The translations under genes and the position numbers were made by a program. From an uncultured virus (IMG/VR IMGVR_UViG_3300001544_000071) (lineage: Duplodnaviria; Heunggongvirae; Uroviricota; Caudoviricetes), in the IMG/VR virus record IMGVR_UViG_3300001544_000071: a stretch of DNA of 64,000 nucleotides. One strand, written 5' to 3'. This document shows, piece after piece, positions 38,242 to 48,968 of the stretch. Within the stretch, counting starts at the first letter, position 1, and each line of letters opens with the position of its first letter. The notes beneath the pieces are model-generated. The model had not been told where the DNA came from. It was given only the letters and a program-made list of their open reading frames with translations, and ran no database searches.

Positions 38242-39446
38242 GTGTCTATATTATCCCCAATATAAGTTATACCGGCCAACTGCGGCAGCATGAGGCGCGG
38301 TATTTCTACCTCTGCTACGCTTTCTAAAGCTCCATCAACAAGTTCTTGTATGTAAACCTTGCGTACTACTACGCTCGGTATATCATGGTCTTCTAAATCT
38401 CTATAAATTAAAGGCTCGTTTATTTCAGGTAAATGTTGTGTCATTATCTTATATTTACGCAAAATCCTGTCAATCCTGTTTTCCACTTGCGCTCTTTGTA
38501 TAAGCTGATTGTCAAACCTGTAATGTATGGTTAAGTAAAACTCTTTGCGTTTGTGAAACATAAAAAACACAGGGGTCAAACCGCCCACAAAAATATCGTT
38601 GCGGTAATTCACAACTTCTTCTTGCGTGTTCATGTGCGTAGTGTAAACAGTACGCGACATAACTGTTTCTGCAAAATCTTTATTCGGTACGCCTGTTAAT
38701 ACAATCAGCAAGGTTTTAGGCTGCAACTCCGTACCATCTTCCAATACAGCCACATCATCACTGCTTTGGTTAAATAAAAGGTTACAAGAGAAAATACTCG
38801 GTAAAGCATTTATGGCAAGCTCAAGTTCACGTAATGTATCCTGTCTTGTTGTATCTGTAAGCAGCCTTTGTCTTATTTCAAAATCGGTTTCAGGCAGTCT
38901 CCCAAGAGAGTTCGAGTTTTCCAACACTTCCCAATCAATAAATGTACTTATGCGTTCACCATCGACACGGACAACATTGGCAAACTGTTCACCTGTAAGC
39001 TCAAACATACCAACGTCACGGGAAGTAAAAAGACCGACCGTAAACTCTCCGGGACCAAGTACTACATCATCTGTTGCGTAATAATAAAAAGGCTGCCCGG
39101 TTAAAGAGACGTATTGGTAAGTACCTCTGGAAAGCGTTACTGTCTCCTCAATATCGCTGTTTGTTATTACTACTCTGGCAATAGAAGCCTTACCACCTAT
39201 TCGTCTTTCACCTGTAATAAACATTGCGCTTTCAAGGTCATCCGGGTCGGCAAATCTTGGGTCGAAACGGTATTTAAGAGCCAACACAACATCACGTATT
39301 TTAACATAGCCTGCCGCTATAGATTTAAGAACCAGAAAAAGTTTATTTGTATTAACTCGTGCCACACTTGACGGCGCAATTACAGCATCAAAAGTATTTA
39401 CAAGGTCGGCAGTTTCCTCATCAGTTGTCCTTAATTCTATCGCCAT
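38226..39446 (-). CDS. Baseplate J-like protein
   Basis: LGRLPETDFEIRQR motif; size and synteny. Confidence 0.8.
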   Translation of the reverse strand: MAIELRTTDEETADLVNTFDAVIAPSSVARVNTNKLFLVLKSIAAGYVKIRDVVLALKYRFDPRFADPDDLESAMFITGERRIGGKASIARVVITNSDIEETVTLSRGTYQYVSLTGQPFYYYATDDVVLGPGEFTVGLFTSRDVGMFELTGEQFANVVRVDGERISTFIDWEVLENSNSLGRLPETDFEIRQRLLTDTTRQDTLRELELAINALPSIFSCNLLFNQSSDDVAVLEDGTELQPKTLLIVLTGVPNKDFAETVMSRTVYTTHMNTQEEVVNYRNDIFVGGLTPVFFMFHKRKEFYLTIHYRFDNQLIQRAQVENRIDRILRKYKIMTQHLPEINEPLIYRDLEDHDIPSVVVRKVYIQELVDGALESVAEVEIPRLMLPQLAGITYIGDNIDTWQTT

Positions 39447-39494
39447 TGTCCGTCTCCTTCTATAATTCTACCCTGAAAGCAGAAAAAAAGCAAC

Positions 39495-40109
39495 TCATGT
39501 CATCGTTCCTACACCGGTAGCGGTTGCTACGGCTACCGTTATTACGTTGCCAAGCATGGCTGCTGTGGTTCCTGCGGCTAATTGGGCTGCCATGAACGCA
39601 TCTCCGCCGGCAGTCATGGGAACCATAGCTACAAATGCCGCTGCTGCGGCTGTGGTTAATGGTAAGCCTGCTGCCGGTAATACGATACCTACGCCTACAC
39701 CCGGCCCTGACCACGGTACGGTAGAGCCTGTTGGCGGTGTTATAATCCCTGTTGACTGTGTGTGCGTAGTAGCAGCAGCGCACATGGCCGTTAAGCCTGC
39801 TCCAAAAGCCGGGGCTAATATGGCTACATCACTGCCCGGAGCCGGAGCAGCGGCCATAGCTTGACAGGCAGCATACAAAATATCGGCCATGATTGTGCCG
39901 TCTGCCAACGCTTCACCTACACCTGCACCGGCATAAACACCGGGTACAATGGGGCCGGCATCAACTGTGTTTATTATACCGCCGTTTATGTAGGCTTCAT
40001 AAGCCTTACCTATTTCATTACACATCCATCTGTCGTCATAAAACTCTGTAAACATTGTATTAAACACATCGAGTAAAGATAATTGCAGTTCAACAGGGTC
40101 TAATGCCAT
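39495..40109 (-). CDS. Ala/Gly-rich spike-associated protein with internal duplication
   Basis: Synteny after the spike gene. Confidence 0.55.
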   Translation of the reverse strand: MALDPVELQLSLLDVFNTMFTEFYDDRWMCNEIGKAYEAYINGGIINTVDAGPIVPGVYAGAGVGEALADGTIMADILYAACQAMAAAPAPGSDVAILAPAFGAGLTAMCAAATTHTQSTGIITPPTGSTVPWSGPGVGVGIVLPAAGLPLTTAAAAAFVAMVPMTAGGDAFMAAQLAAGTTAAMLGNVITVAVATATGVGTMT

Positions 40110-41233
40110 CAGTCTACCACCTGATTTTGTATAGCTTTCGCTGCCGTCAATAACGCCTGTGTTGCAGGACTTGTGAAATGCTCGGCAGGACTGCCGACAG
40201 TATGGAAACCCATTAGTATATCATTGTATATGTCTAAGATACCACCGATGGTATTTATCTGATTACCGATAGTAAGCAGACCTGTACCCTGCACAAATAA
40301 TTTAATTGCCGTCCGGGATACCAACTCTAAAACGCCGCCGAATACAAGGTCAAAGGCTTTTTCAAAAGCCATTTTTATACCAGCATCGCTTATTATTTCT
40401 ATGTCCGCATCTTCTCCAAGTACGGCAGTAATGGGAGCGGAACTGTCAAAATATATCGGCGCACCTTTACCATGTTGAATTACTGTCGGCGCGTCATGTT
40501 CATCGTCAGGGTCGCGTTTTATATTGATTGCAGCGTCAGAACGAAAATCAATTGGAGCTTTTTCGCTATACCAAATATCAGATAAGGCTTCTACTCTTTC
40601 GTCTTCATCTTCATCTTTCTCAACGCCCTTAAACCCCACCCGCTGTTTTAATTTTGACCGTTGATTTATGTTAATTGGCCGTTTTTCACCAACAGAAAAG
40701 TTTACTTCATGCTCTTTTCCATCGCCGGAAACAAAACCCATTTCAAACTTCTTTCTGCTTGAAATAGCTGTTTTAGCAGCAATGCTGGCAGATAAGATAA
40801 CATCGTCTTCGTCTTTATACACTGATACCTGAATTGCCGAAGCTGCTTTTAATGTGCTTACCAAAATGCCTGTCATACTGTTTACAGAATATCCATTATG
40901 TGTATTATCAAAAATTACATGGTCATCTTCTGTTCTGCTTTCAATATCATTAAACATTTCAGGGTGCATTTTATTCATAGCTAATAAGAGTACTAAATCT
41001 TTTTCTTGCGGCTGTATATTTACTTCAAAAAGGGCAGAAGAAAGTCCCAGCAACGTAACATCAATTTCTTGTACGGTTTCGCTTTCTTGTTGTAGTACAG
41101 GTATGATACGCACATTATATTTATCAATAACTTCGCTTACAAAACCGTAAGATACGATAGGGAGTTCTCGAAGCCATAACTTTTGAATAAGTTCTTTGTT
41201 ATTTTTAACATAATCAAATGCGTCAGGCATCAT
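40109..41233 (-). CDS. Baseplate spike (gpV-like) protein
   Basis: N-terminal OB-like region (P...DLVLL), beta-helix-like repeats, C-terminal His residues. Confidence 0.6.
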   Translation of the reverse strand: MMPDAFDYVKNNKELIQKLWLRELPIVSYGFVSEVIDKYNVRIIPVLQQESETVQEIDVTLLGLSSALFEVNIQPQEKDLVLLLAMNKMHPEMFNDIESRTEDDHVIFDNTHNGYSVNSMTGILVSTLKAASAIQVSVYKDEDDVILSASIAAKTAISSRKKFEMGFVSGDGKEHEVNFSVGEKRPININQRSKLKQRVGFKGVEKDEDEDERVEALSDIWYSEKAPIDFRSDAAINIKRDPDDEHDAPTVIQHGKGAPIYFDSSAPITAVLGEDADIEIISDAGIKMAFEKAFDLVFGGVLELVSRTAIKLFVQGTGLLTIGNQINTIGGILDIYNDILMGFHTVGSPAEHFTSPATQALLTAAKAIQNQVVD

Positions 41234-43157
41234 CTTCCTCACTTGTATACTCTATATACGGCACATAGATGTCGTCACCTTCGTATAATACACCTAATTC
41301 TAAACCTTCTAGTTCTGCCGGCATAGATGTTTCGGGACCGCGCTCTAGGTTTGCGTCATTGAGAGTTTCATTATCAGGATTTGCAAGTAGAAACTCAACA
41401 GCTTCTCTATGTGTAATACCGGCTACCACACCTTCTTCAACATCATAAATATCACTATTATTTAACACAAAATGCTCTGCGATATTCCACCATGTTCTTG
41501 GCACACGTACTACTTGTCCATCGTCCCCTACAACAGAAGCTCTACCAACCTGCACGGCTCGCCAGCGTAATGTGCGCTGCATAGCAGCAACCGCTTCTTC
41601 TGTAGTCTGTTCTTCTTCTGTTTCTTCACCTGCAAGCAAAGCCACATCTTGCGGAGGCGCGTCAACACACATTATTGTCATTTTGTTTCTATCTTCAACT
41701 GTACCGAACTCAACATCAATAAGCAAAGCTCGAAACCAGTGGTCTCTAGGAGAAGGGAAAAAGAAGCCGACCATATCACCTAACAAATATCTTGAAGAAA
41801 AACCTATAAGCTGGAGCGGTGAAATAAACCCCGCAAACGGACAGCGTATGTGCCTTAACGCTCCAATAGACACATCATAAACCGCAGGCAGAAGAATAGG
41901 CCGCGCTTCCCTGCGGTTGGCCGGCATAGCTTGTACTAGGTCGGATATGTTTTCATTTACGCTATAGAAAAACAAATTGCCGTCAACTAACGGAAAGTAT
42001 CTTAAATCAGGAAACGCTTCTACCATAGCGGTCACTTGTGCTTCAAGCAGGGGCATTATTCGAATACCAACATATCTTTCTAACACATAGGCGGTTGTAG
42101 TAAGCCCGGCTCCCGTGCCTCTTGGCAGCGTGTTACTTTGCGACATACGAGCAACGCCGGGAGATACCATACAAATAACGCCAATATCAATAGCATCTTC
42201 CACAGTCATAACACCGTTTTCATCAAGCGGCACTTCCAGCATTTCAGGGTTTGTAGGGTCAGGAACGATATGTCCTGCATCATTACGCTGCATACCGCGT
42301 AATAATAATTTTTGTTTTATTTCACCTTCCGGTATTGCTGTATCCGCAAATGCTTTCGGGTTTGCTCTGCTATCTACAACAGCGTATTGCATACCTTGTT
42401 GCCGCACAAAACGTCTTGTAATAAGCGCAAATAAAGTTACTTCTATACGTGTAAGCGGCATGTCCGGTCTTGTAGATGTATGTCCTAACACCATATCAGA
42501 ACGAAGGTCTCTGCTATTTAAGAACTGCCTAAGTCCTGCGTCTCTTGCCCATGTAAGCCCATAACTCATGTTACCAATAACACATGATATATTTGTTACT
42601 CTGTCCGGCGGTAAAGTTTCTGCATGGACATATAAAACACGGCACTCAATCTGTAGCAGTGTGTCAAGCGTTCTGTCTGCATCAGTTACAGTAAAGCCAG
42701 CCATTTCATTAAACATGCGCAAACGGTTAAACTCATCTTCGGGGTCAGCCGTTTCGTCTGTATCGCTTGCTAAGGGTGGTCTTGCCCAATTAGGAAACTG
42801 GTTACGATACCCCATTTGTACTACCGCACCTGTAATGGGATTATTGCCTACGCTTAGTATTTCTTCATCTGCGGTCATGTTAAGTATATGTAGATTTGTT
42901 ATTCTTATTTGTAATTGAATTGATACACTATTTGCAACTTGTTTATATGTAACGACAATAGATGGTTTCTGGCGTACCTGCACAAAAAACGGCGTACCAT
43001 CGTATGTTTTTTGTACTTCGTAATCGCTGCGTACAACAAAGCTATCACCATTTTGCCGTATCAGCTTAACATTTATTATCCTGTCAAATAATGCAAACTG
43101 ACTGTGCGCTGCTGTGATGTCACCTCGTATTATTTCTCCGCCGCGCCTTATGTCCAT
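41223..43157 (-). CDS. Putative baseplate hub protein
   Basis: Synteny; VQMGY motif. Confidence 0.55.
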   Translation of the reverse strand: MDIRRGGEIIRGDITAAHSQFALFDRIINVKLIRQNGDSFVVRSDYEVQKTYDGTPFFVQVRQKPSIVVTYKQVANSVSIQLQIRITNLHILNMTADEEILSVGNNPITGAVVQMGYRNQFPNWARPPLASDTDETADPEDEFNRLRMFNEMAGFTVTDADRTLDTLLQIECRVLYVHAETLPPDRVTNISCVIGNMSYGLTWARDAGLRQFLNSRDLRSDMVLGHTSTRPDMPLTRIEVTLFALITRRFVRQQGMQYAVVDSRANPKAFADTAIPEGEIKQKLLLRGMQRNDAGHIVPDPTNPEMLEVPLDENGVMTVEDAIDIGVICMVSPGVARMSQSNTLPRGTGAGLTTTAYVLERYVGIRIMPLLEAQVTAMVEAFPDLRYFPLVDGNLFFYSVNENISDLVQAMPANRREARPILLPAVYDVSIGALRHIRCPFAGFISPLQLIGFSSRYLLGDMVGFFFPSPRDHWFRALLIDVEFGTVEDRNKMTIMCVDAPPQDVALLAGEETEEEQTTEEAVAAMQRTLRWRAVQVGRASVVGDDGQVVRVPRTWWNIAEHFVLNNSDIYDVEEGVVAGITHREAVEFLLANPDNETLNDANLERGPETSMPAELEGLELGVLYEGDDIYVPYIEYTSEEDDA

Positions 43158-43483
43158 GAAAAGTCCTCGTACAGAATAACAGTACATTGGTGCATATTAT
43201 CTTGTGTCATTATATGTCCTCTAAGTTCAGGCAGACTTGATTTTACACCAACAATTCTGTTACCAATCCCTATAACAGATGTTTGTATTGCGCTATGTAG
43301 TATTGTGCCGTCTTGTCCATATTGCTGTACTACAATAACGATTTTATTCACACGGCCTATATTATTATTACCCTGAAAATGTTCATCAACAATAATAAAT
43401 ACGGCTTCTAAATTAGTACCGTAGCGTATACTATACCTGTCATTAACAAACAGTTCTTTATCCAGCGTTAGTATCATTTGCAT
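43148..43483 (-). CDS. Putative baseplate plug protein
   Basis: Size and synteny. Confidence 0.45.
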   Translation of the reverse strand: MQMILTLDKELFVNDRYSIRYGTNLEAVFIIVDEHFQGNNNIGRVNKIVIVVQQYGQDGTILHSAIQTSVIGIGNRIVGVKSSLPELRGHIMTQDNMHQCTVILYEDFSWT

Positions 43484-44423
43484 CTCCTTCTATAGCAAAG
43501 AAAGGCATTGTACTCGTTATCTCGCTATTACCCATAGCCAGTGCGCCCAAATGATTTATCGTATTAACAGCCCAAAGTCTTTCTTTTACATTTGTTTTAC
43601 CGCGCACAGGAGCAAGACTAAGTACAGGTAGTTCACGTACAGTCATATCCATGCGCCATACATCATCCTCTATACCGCGTTTTTCTGCCGTACAATCAGT
43701 TATTACAACATATTTAGTTTCAAAACCCATCCATGTCTTAAATTGTATTGTACCGCCTCTGCTAAACATAGCATCTAACGAGTTCTTATTAACCATATTG
43801 TTAAGAGACACTACGCCTTCTTCTTCCTCTGCTAAAGGCGACCAGATGCTTTGGTCTATAAATGCTGTTTGTCCTTTCGTCAAAAATGCTATTACATGTT
43901 CAAATTGTTCTTCGATAAAAGGTATGGCGGCAGGCGATACACCAGAGCTTTCACCTGTGACCATACCAAAAAATTGTTTTATGTACTGCGCAGAAAATAA
44001 ACCTTGCTTCACAAAACGTCCAAAAGGCATAAAAGGTACAACAATTTCCATGCGATACTCTTTAGGTTGTAATACTACATTATCCACAATAGTCTGCATT
44101 GCACCGCGCCTTAACGGAACTCCGGCATCTTCTTCGTCACCGCTTTCGCTTTCCGGCGGCTCGTACATAAGAACACGTTTTGTACTTGTTTCTGCTCTCT
44201 GTATTTCACTATAACGAAGTATTTGAAAGAAGCAGAAAGGAAGCGTCACTTTATCATAAGTCGGTACCCAATTCCGGTCGAAAAAGCAAGTTAAGTTCTG
44301 CCAGTAATCCAATGTTTCTCTTGCAAGATTAAGAACTGTTTGCACCATAATTGGAGTTTGCCCGGTATCTACACCGGCTGCTTGGGTAGAATGACCGCCT
44401 GAAATTAAACCGGAACCTCTCAT
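43458..44423 (-). CDS. Tail tube-initiator / distal tail protein
   Basis: IVDNVVLQP...VIT pattern; follows the tape measure gene. Confidence 0.6.
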   Translation of the reverse strand: MRGSGLISGGHSTQAAGVDTGQTPIMVQTVLNLARETLDYWQNLTCFFDRNWVPTYDKVTLPFCFFQILRYSEIQRAETSTKRVLMYEPPESESGDEEDAGVPLRRGAMQTIVDNVVLQPKEYRMEIVVPFMPFGRFVKQGLFSAQYIKQFFGMVTGESSGVSPAAIPFIEEQFEHVIAFLTKGQTAFIDQSIWSPLAEEEEGVVSLNNMVNKNSLDAMFSRGGTIQFKTWMGFETKYVVITDCTAEKRGIEDDVWRMDMTVRELPVLSLAPVRGKTNVKERLWAVNTINHLGALAMGNSEITSTMPFFAIEGDANDTNAG

Positions 44424-47400
44424 TATCTATTCCTCCCAAAAACATTCCAAAAGTTTTCAGCCCCTTGTTGTAATGCTCGTCCTGTGCGCTGTAATATGTT
44501 TGGATTACTCGGCGCATCTCCGTATGTGCTTGGATTTATACGCTCGGTTCTTTCGTCTTCTTCTACACGCACCGTTTCAGTTGTTCCCCGTTCATGGTAA
44601 ACATTAACAGATACATCGGTTTGCGGTGCTTGTTGTGTGCTAAAAAATCTGTGGAACCAACCCATGTCATCTGCCGCGCTGCCTGCGGCTGCAGGTAAGT
44701 ATTCCCGTGAAGCAGCACCACCAACACCTAAAACAATTTCTCGCGCATCATGTCTTTGTCCTGCATATACACCGCCGGCTACAAGCAATGCTCGATACAT
44801 ACTTCCTTCCGGTACATATCTATCACGATACCTTTGCGCCATAGTTGCTGTTTGGGCATCCCACGCTTCCTGCGGTATATACGCACGTTGACCACCATAC
44901 CTGACCGCTGTAACATTGTGTGCATCTCTATCTGCTGCTGTTCTTGTGTTTTGTAGGCGTTGCATTGCTGCAAAATAATTTCTTATAGGAACATGCTGCA
45001 TCCCTTCTACCAAAGACCTTTCACGCGCAAAAGAAATCACGCCGGGGTGACGCACTGTACCATCGAGCGGAAAGTCTCGATTATATGCTGCTGAACTACG
45101 CATGGCATCTATTCTTGTCTCTGTATTTCTTGCTGCTCCAATATTTATATAAGCTGTCATAAGTAATTGCCTTATGCGTTCACCCTGTTCGCGTATACTT
45201 GCATCATCGGACAATAACATATTATGTATTGCTTCACCTACGCCGGGTACAGGTGATAAAACACCGTCTCTATAAAAAGTGTGTTCCCATCCGCGCATTT
45301 GAGCTTCAAGTGCTGCCGGAGAGCGCGGCCTCATAAAACGCTGCGGATTAGCCATTGCTTCTTCTACGGACATGTGCCTGTATTCCGGGCGTATGTCCAT
45401 GAAAAAACCACCTATTGCAGAGTTTTGTAATTCAGTGAACGCGGCTAAAGCTACTTGTTCGGCGTGTGCAACATCACTTCTAGCTGCTGCTACCTGCGCT
45501 CTTGCTTCGTTGTGTGTATTTTCATTTATTTGATGTATTGCAGCTTCTAGTCCGGGAATATTTACACCCGGCAAACGAGATAGTCCTATAGCCAAGTTTG
45601 TAAGCGTTCTGTGCATATTATCTATTGCACGTAATAAACCATCTGCAAAATGTATTACAATTCCTCTACGCAACGACTCAATTAACGCATCAAACTCTGT
45701 TCTTATTGTACGCGCAGCACGTCCTATTTGTGCTAAAGCATCTTCATCATCCGGTCTTAACATAGCTACGCGGGTTAAACTTGCCCTGTCTATTTCACCT
45801 ATCATATTTTCTATAGCAGCAAAAAATGTTTGTTCGCCGCGCATCGCCGCCCTGATTTCTTCGGATGCTCTTTCTCTGCCTCCGGGCGAAGTATCAAGAT
45901 GGGCAAGCCAATTTGCTATAAAATCTGCGTCTGCTTCCAAACCGGCATTTGTGAGATACCCTGCAAGACGCTGTGCATCCATTTGTGCGCCGGTCACATC
46001 GGGGATATTATTTATTATTGAGTACAACCCTGTACCCAATACAGCACTGCCGGCCTCGGCTATATTACCACCGCGTAACGCACGTTGCAGAACAAGGTCA
46101 ATAACCCTGTCCATCTGCCCTGTATTAGCCATTGCCGGCGCAAGTTGTCCCAATAACTGCGACAGCCCCGCGCCTCTATCAGCAACAAGATTACCTGCCC
46201 TGTTACTGAAAGATTGCATATAGCTCATCATGTCTATCGGTCTTGCATTTTCACCCCGTCCGGTATGTTCTGCAAAAGCATTGAATAAAGCGACTTGCTC
46301 CGTATCTAAGTTTGTAGCTATAGCTCTGGCATTACGACCAATAACTTCATTACCGATACGCACAACAGTATCAGCAATTCTGGCAAGAACTCTGTACAAC
46401 ATCGTACCCATTGCCACAATAGCTCCAACAATTAAAGCAGCCGCTCCTATTTTACCAAACACACGGCCTACCCTGCCTGCCGTCTTTGAAGAAAAGCCTA
46501 ACCTATGCAAAGCCCTCCCAATCCTTCCTGAATGTCGTAAATCACGAGCCTCTTGCCTACGGCGTTTCCTATACCTGTAATCTTCACCGCGTATAGTTCC
46601 TGCGCCTGCGCCGGTAGTAAAATATCTGTCTCTCGCATCATCCATTTGCTGCCGTGCGCCTTCTTCCGCTGCAACTCTATCGTCAGCTAACGTGCCGGAC
46701 ATTGCTATAGCATTTGCTTTTGTAGTGGCGTGTGCAGTTTTACGTGCGTATCGTAATTTCTCATTGCGCTCATCTGCACCACCTGTAAGGGTTTCACCTG
46801 TAATACGCATATATTCTGTATCTTCTGCGGTACGTCTATCAGTAGTATCCTGAATAGCTTCTCTTACAACTGAACCTACTGTGCGTAATTTATTATTTTT
46901 ATCAATATATTCCGCGCCCTGAACTGTATGTATGTTACGACCATCCACATAACCGCGCACACCTGCGCCCAAAGCGTCTCTAACTTTTCTTTTTATTTGT
47001 TCTGCTTCTCTTTCGCTAAAATCAGCAGGGATTGTTTGTGTGGTCATTCGGGCTGATGGGGAACCAAATCTGCCTGTGTATCTTTTTTCTAAGAGCGGTT
47101 GTATAGCTGGCTTTGCTGCAATATCAGGGCGTTGTACCATATCTAGCAATACTGTATCAACCACAGCTTGATTAACATCTGCCCTACGGTCTGTGCTTAA
47201 ACCAGCAACACTAAGCGATGCTGCTCTACCGCCGGTTCGTAAAAAACTGCTGTACTGCGAACCACCACCTGTACCTATGGCTCGCTGTGCTGCCTGTACT
47301 GCCATCTTATCAAATTGAGCAAGGATTTTTCCGGGGTCAAGTCCGGCGGCGCGTAATTGAGCTTCTAAGGCTTGTGTGTCAGCACGAGAATATTCTAAAT

Positions 47401-47443
47401 TAAAGTGACTGCCGGGTCTTGGTGTTGTACCTGTCCAAGCCAA
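44423..47443 (-). CDS. Tape measure protein
   Basis: 1006 aa, Ala/Arg-rich helical, TM segment; follows the chaperones. Confidence 0.8.
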   Translation of the reverse strand: MAWTGTTPRPGSHFNLEYSRADTQALEAQLRAAGLDPGKILAQFDKMAVQAAQRAIGTGGGSQYSSFLRTGGRAASLSVAGLSTDRRADVNQAVVDTVLLDMVQRPDIAAKPAIQPLLEKRYTGRFGSPSARMTTQTIPADFSEREAEQIKRKVRDALGAGVRGYVDGRNIHTVQGAEYIDKNNKLRTVGSVVREAIQDTTDRRTAEDTEYMRITGETLTGGADERNEKLRYARKTAHATTKANAIAMSGTLADDRVAAEEGARQQMDDARDRYFTTGAGAGTIRGEDYRYRKRRRQEARDLRHSGRIGRALHRLGFSSKTAGRVGRVFGKIGAAALIVGAIVAMGTMLYRVLARIADTVVRIGNEVIGRNARAIATNLDTEQVALFNAFAEHTGRGENARPIDMMSYMQSFSNRAGNLVADRGAGLSQLLGQLAPAMANTGQMDRVIDLVLQRALRGGNIAEAGSAVLGTGLYSIINNIPDVTGAQMDAQRLAGYLTNAGLEADADFIANWLAHLDTSPGGRERASEEIRAAMRGEQTFFAAIENMIGEIDRASLTRVAMLRPDDEDALAQIGRAARTIRTEFDALIESLRRGIVIHFADGLLRAIDNMHRTLTNLAIGLSRLPGVNIPGLEAAIHQINENTHNEARAQVAAARSDVAHAEQVALAAFTELQNSAIGGFFMDIRPEYRHMSVEEAMANPQRFMRPRSPAALEAQMRGWEHTFYRDGVLSPVPGVGEAIHNMLLSDDASIREQGERIRQLLMTAYINIGAARNTETRIDAMRSSAAYNRDFPLDGTVRHPGVISFARERSLVEGMQHVPIRNYFAAMQRLQNTRTAADRDAHNVTAVRYGGQRAYIPQEAWDAQTATMAQRYRDRYVPEGSMYRALLVAGGVYAGQRHDAREIVLGVGGAASREYLPAAAGSAADDMGWFHRFFSTQQAPQTDVSVNVYHERGTTETVRVEEDERTERINPSTYGDAPSNPNILQRTGRALQQGAENFWNVFGRNR

Positions 47444-47455
47444 CTCATCCTCCTC

Positions 47456-48153
47456 CTACCTTACCGGCCTGCTTGCTTCCGCCACACGTCTAGCATGGTC
47501 AGCAAGATTACCTCTAGCTTTCAAATAATTCATAAACTCAAACAACTCACGCCAGTCGTAAGGTCTAGCTCCGCCTTCTTTAAGCATAACATTATGGCAG
47601 AAAAGAAGGAAGTTGGTCCCAAACGTCTCATTTATGATAGCAGTTTCCGCAGCACCTTCTTGACTATCCCCGTCTTTTTCTTTTTTCTTTCTGCCTTCGG
47701 TCCGGGGCTTTGACCGCTCGAAGGCAGAGGAAACTTTTTTGCGAGATAACCCGCCATAAACTCGGTGAGCCAGTACACCAGATAAGGATAATCGGCCACA
47801 CATTGCATGAAACGTAAATCATCATCTTTGGTTGTTACGTGCATGTGTCCGAGCGTTGATTTGCTGCCGTCATCGTTAATCATAATTATTTCTAATCGCT
47901 TACCAACAAGATATTGCATAGTAAGGTCATATAGAACATCAAAATTATCAAGGTCGCATAATGCCCTGCACTCCTCAAGCACAGGTACAGAAGCAAGACC
48001 CTCCGGGAATACAAACTCAATTCTGTCGAGTTTGATAAAATCCCGCAAGGTCTTTATTTCTTCCTTACCCTCAAGCTCTTGTGCATTAAGCACAAGAAAC
48101 TTGGGTTTTGTCGGGGGCTGCGCAGCCCCGGTAGCCATCTTTACCGGGTCCAT
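47456..48153 (-). CDS. Tail assembly chaperone (47632-48153) with -1 frameshift extension to 47456
   Basis: In-frame A AAA AAG heptamers at 47734-47740 and 47680-47686; overlapping -1 ORF. Confidence 0.75.
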
Positions 48154-48164
48154 AAATCAGTCTC

Positions 48165-48956
48165 CTATATAAATGGTGTCGAGAAGTTCTGCTGACCTGT
48201 AAGGTCTCTATGACCGCCGGGTTCATTCCCTGCGATGTCAGAACTACCAAGGGTGTTACCGTCAGCATTTTGGAGTGTGTCAATTTCAACTGCCTGCTGG
48301 TCATTAACACCACCCACACTGACAAGTCCGATACCGTTAATTGTGAACGGTCTGAAATTGCCTTGTAAGCCGTACTGATTACCAACTGCCCAAAGAACTT
48401 TGTCTACACCAATGCCGCCGTCCATAAGTCCTTCTATCCAACCGCCGTAAAGCATCTGCATTGGATAGATAGGTACTGCGTTACCGGCATCAACGTCATG
48501 CGGAACATTGGCAAAAGATACACCATAGTACACTCTGGTAAGCGCACCGGCTGATGTAAATCGCCGTCTGGTCAACACACCGCCAACATTATCCTTTGAA
48601 GAAATAATGAAAGGCGCAATAGCCGTAAGGTCGCCGTCTTTTACAAGACCTGTACCCGGAACAACCTGCAAGGTCGCTCTACCGGCCATGACGTGATTAG
48701 TAATAGTTATGGTTGAACCATCGACCATTACTTCCTGTATCGCATTGTCCTGATTAGGAACAGCGTTAAAAAACGTGTCATTCAAACGCAAGGCCGAAGA
48801 AATATTTACTTCGTTAGCGTTTGCAAACACACTGTCCCTTTGCGAAGCTACGGAAACTTGCCCTGTTAAGAACGGATGTGCGTAAGTGTAAATAGAACCG
48901 CCAGCAGTTCTAAATACCGCACGGGGGGCTGTCCCCTTTCTGTTATTAGCAAACAT
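48165..48956 (-). CDS. Tail tube protein
   Basis: Between sheath and chaperone; beta-rich. Confidence 0.7.
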   Translation of the reverse strand: MFANNRKGTAPRAVFRTAGGSIYTYAHPFLTGQVSVASQRDSVFANANEVNISSALRLNDTFFNAVPNQDNAIQEVMVDGSTITITNHVMAGRATLQVVPGTGLVKDGDLTAIAPFIISSKDNVGGVLTRRRFTSAGALTRVYYGVSFANVPHDVDAGNAVPIYPMQMLYGGWIEGLMDGGIGVDKVLWAVGNQYGLQGNFRPFTINGIGLVSVGGVNDQQAVEIDTLQNADGNTLGSSDIAGNEPGGHRDLTGQQNFSTPFI

Positions 48957-48968
48957 TTATTCTGCCTC

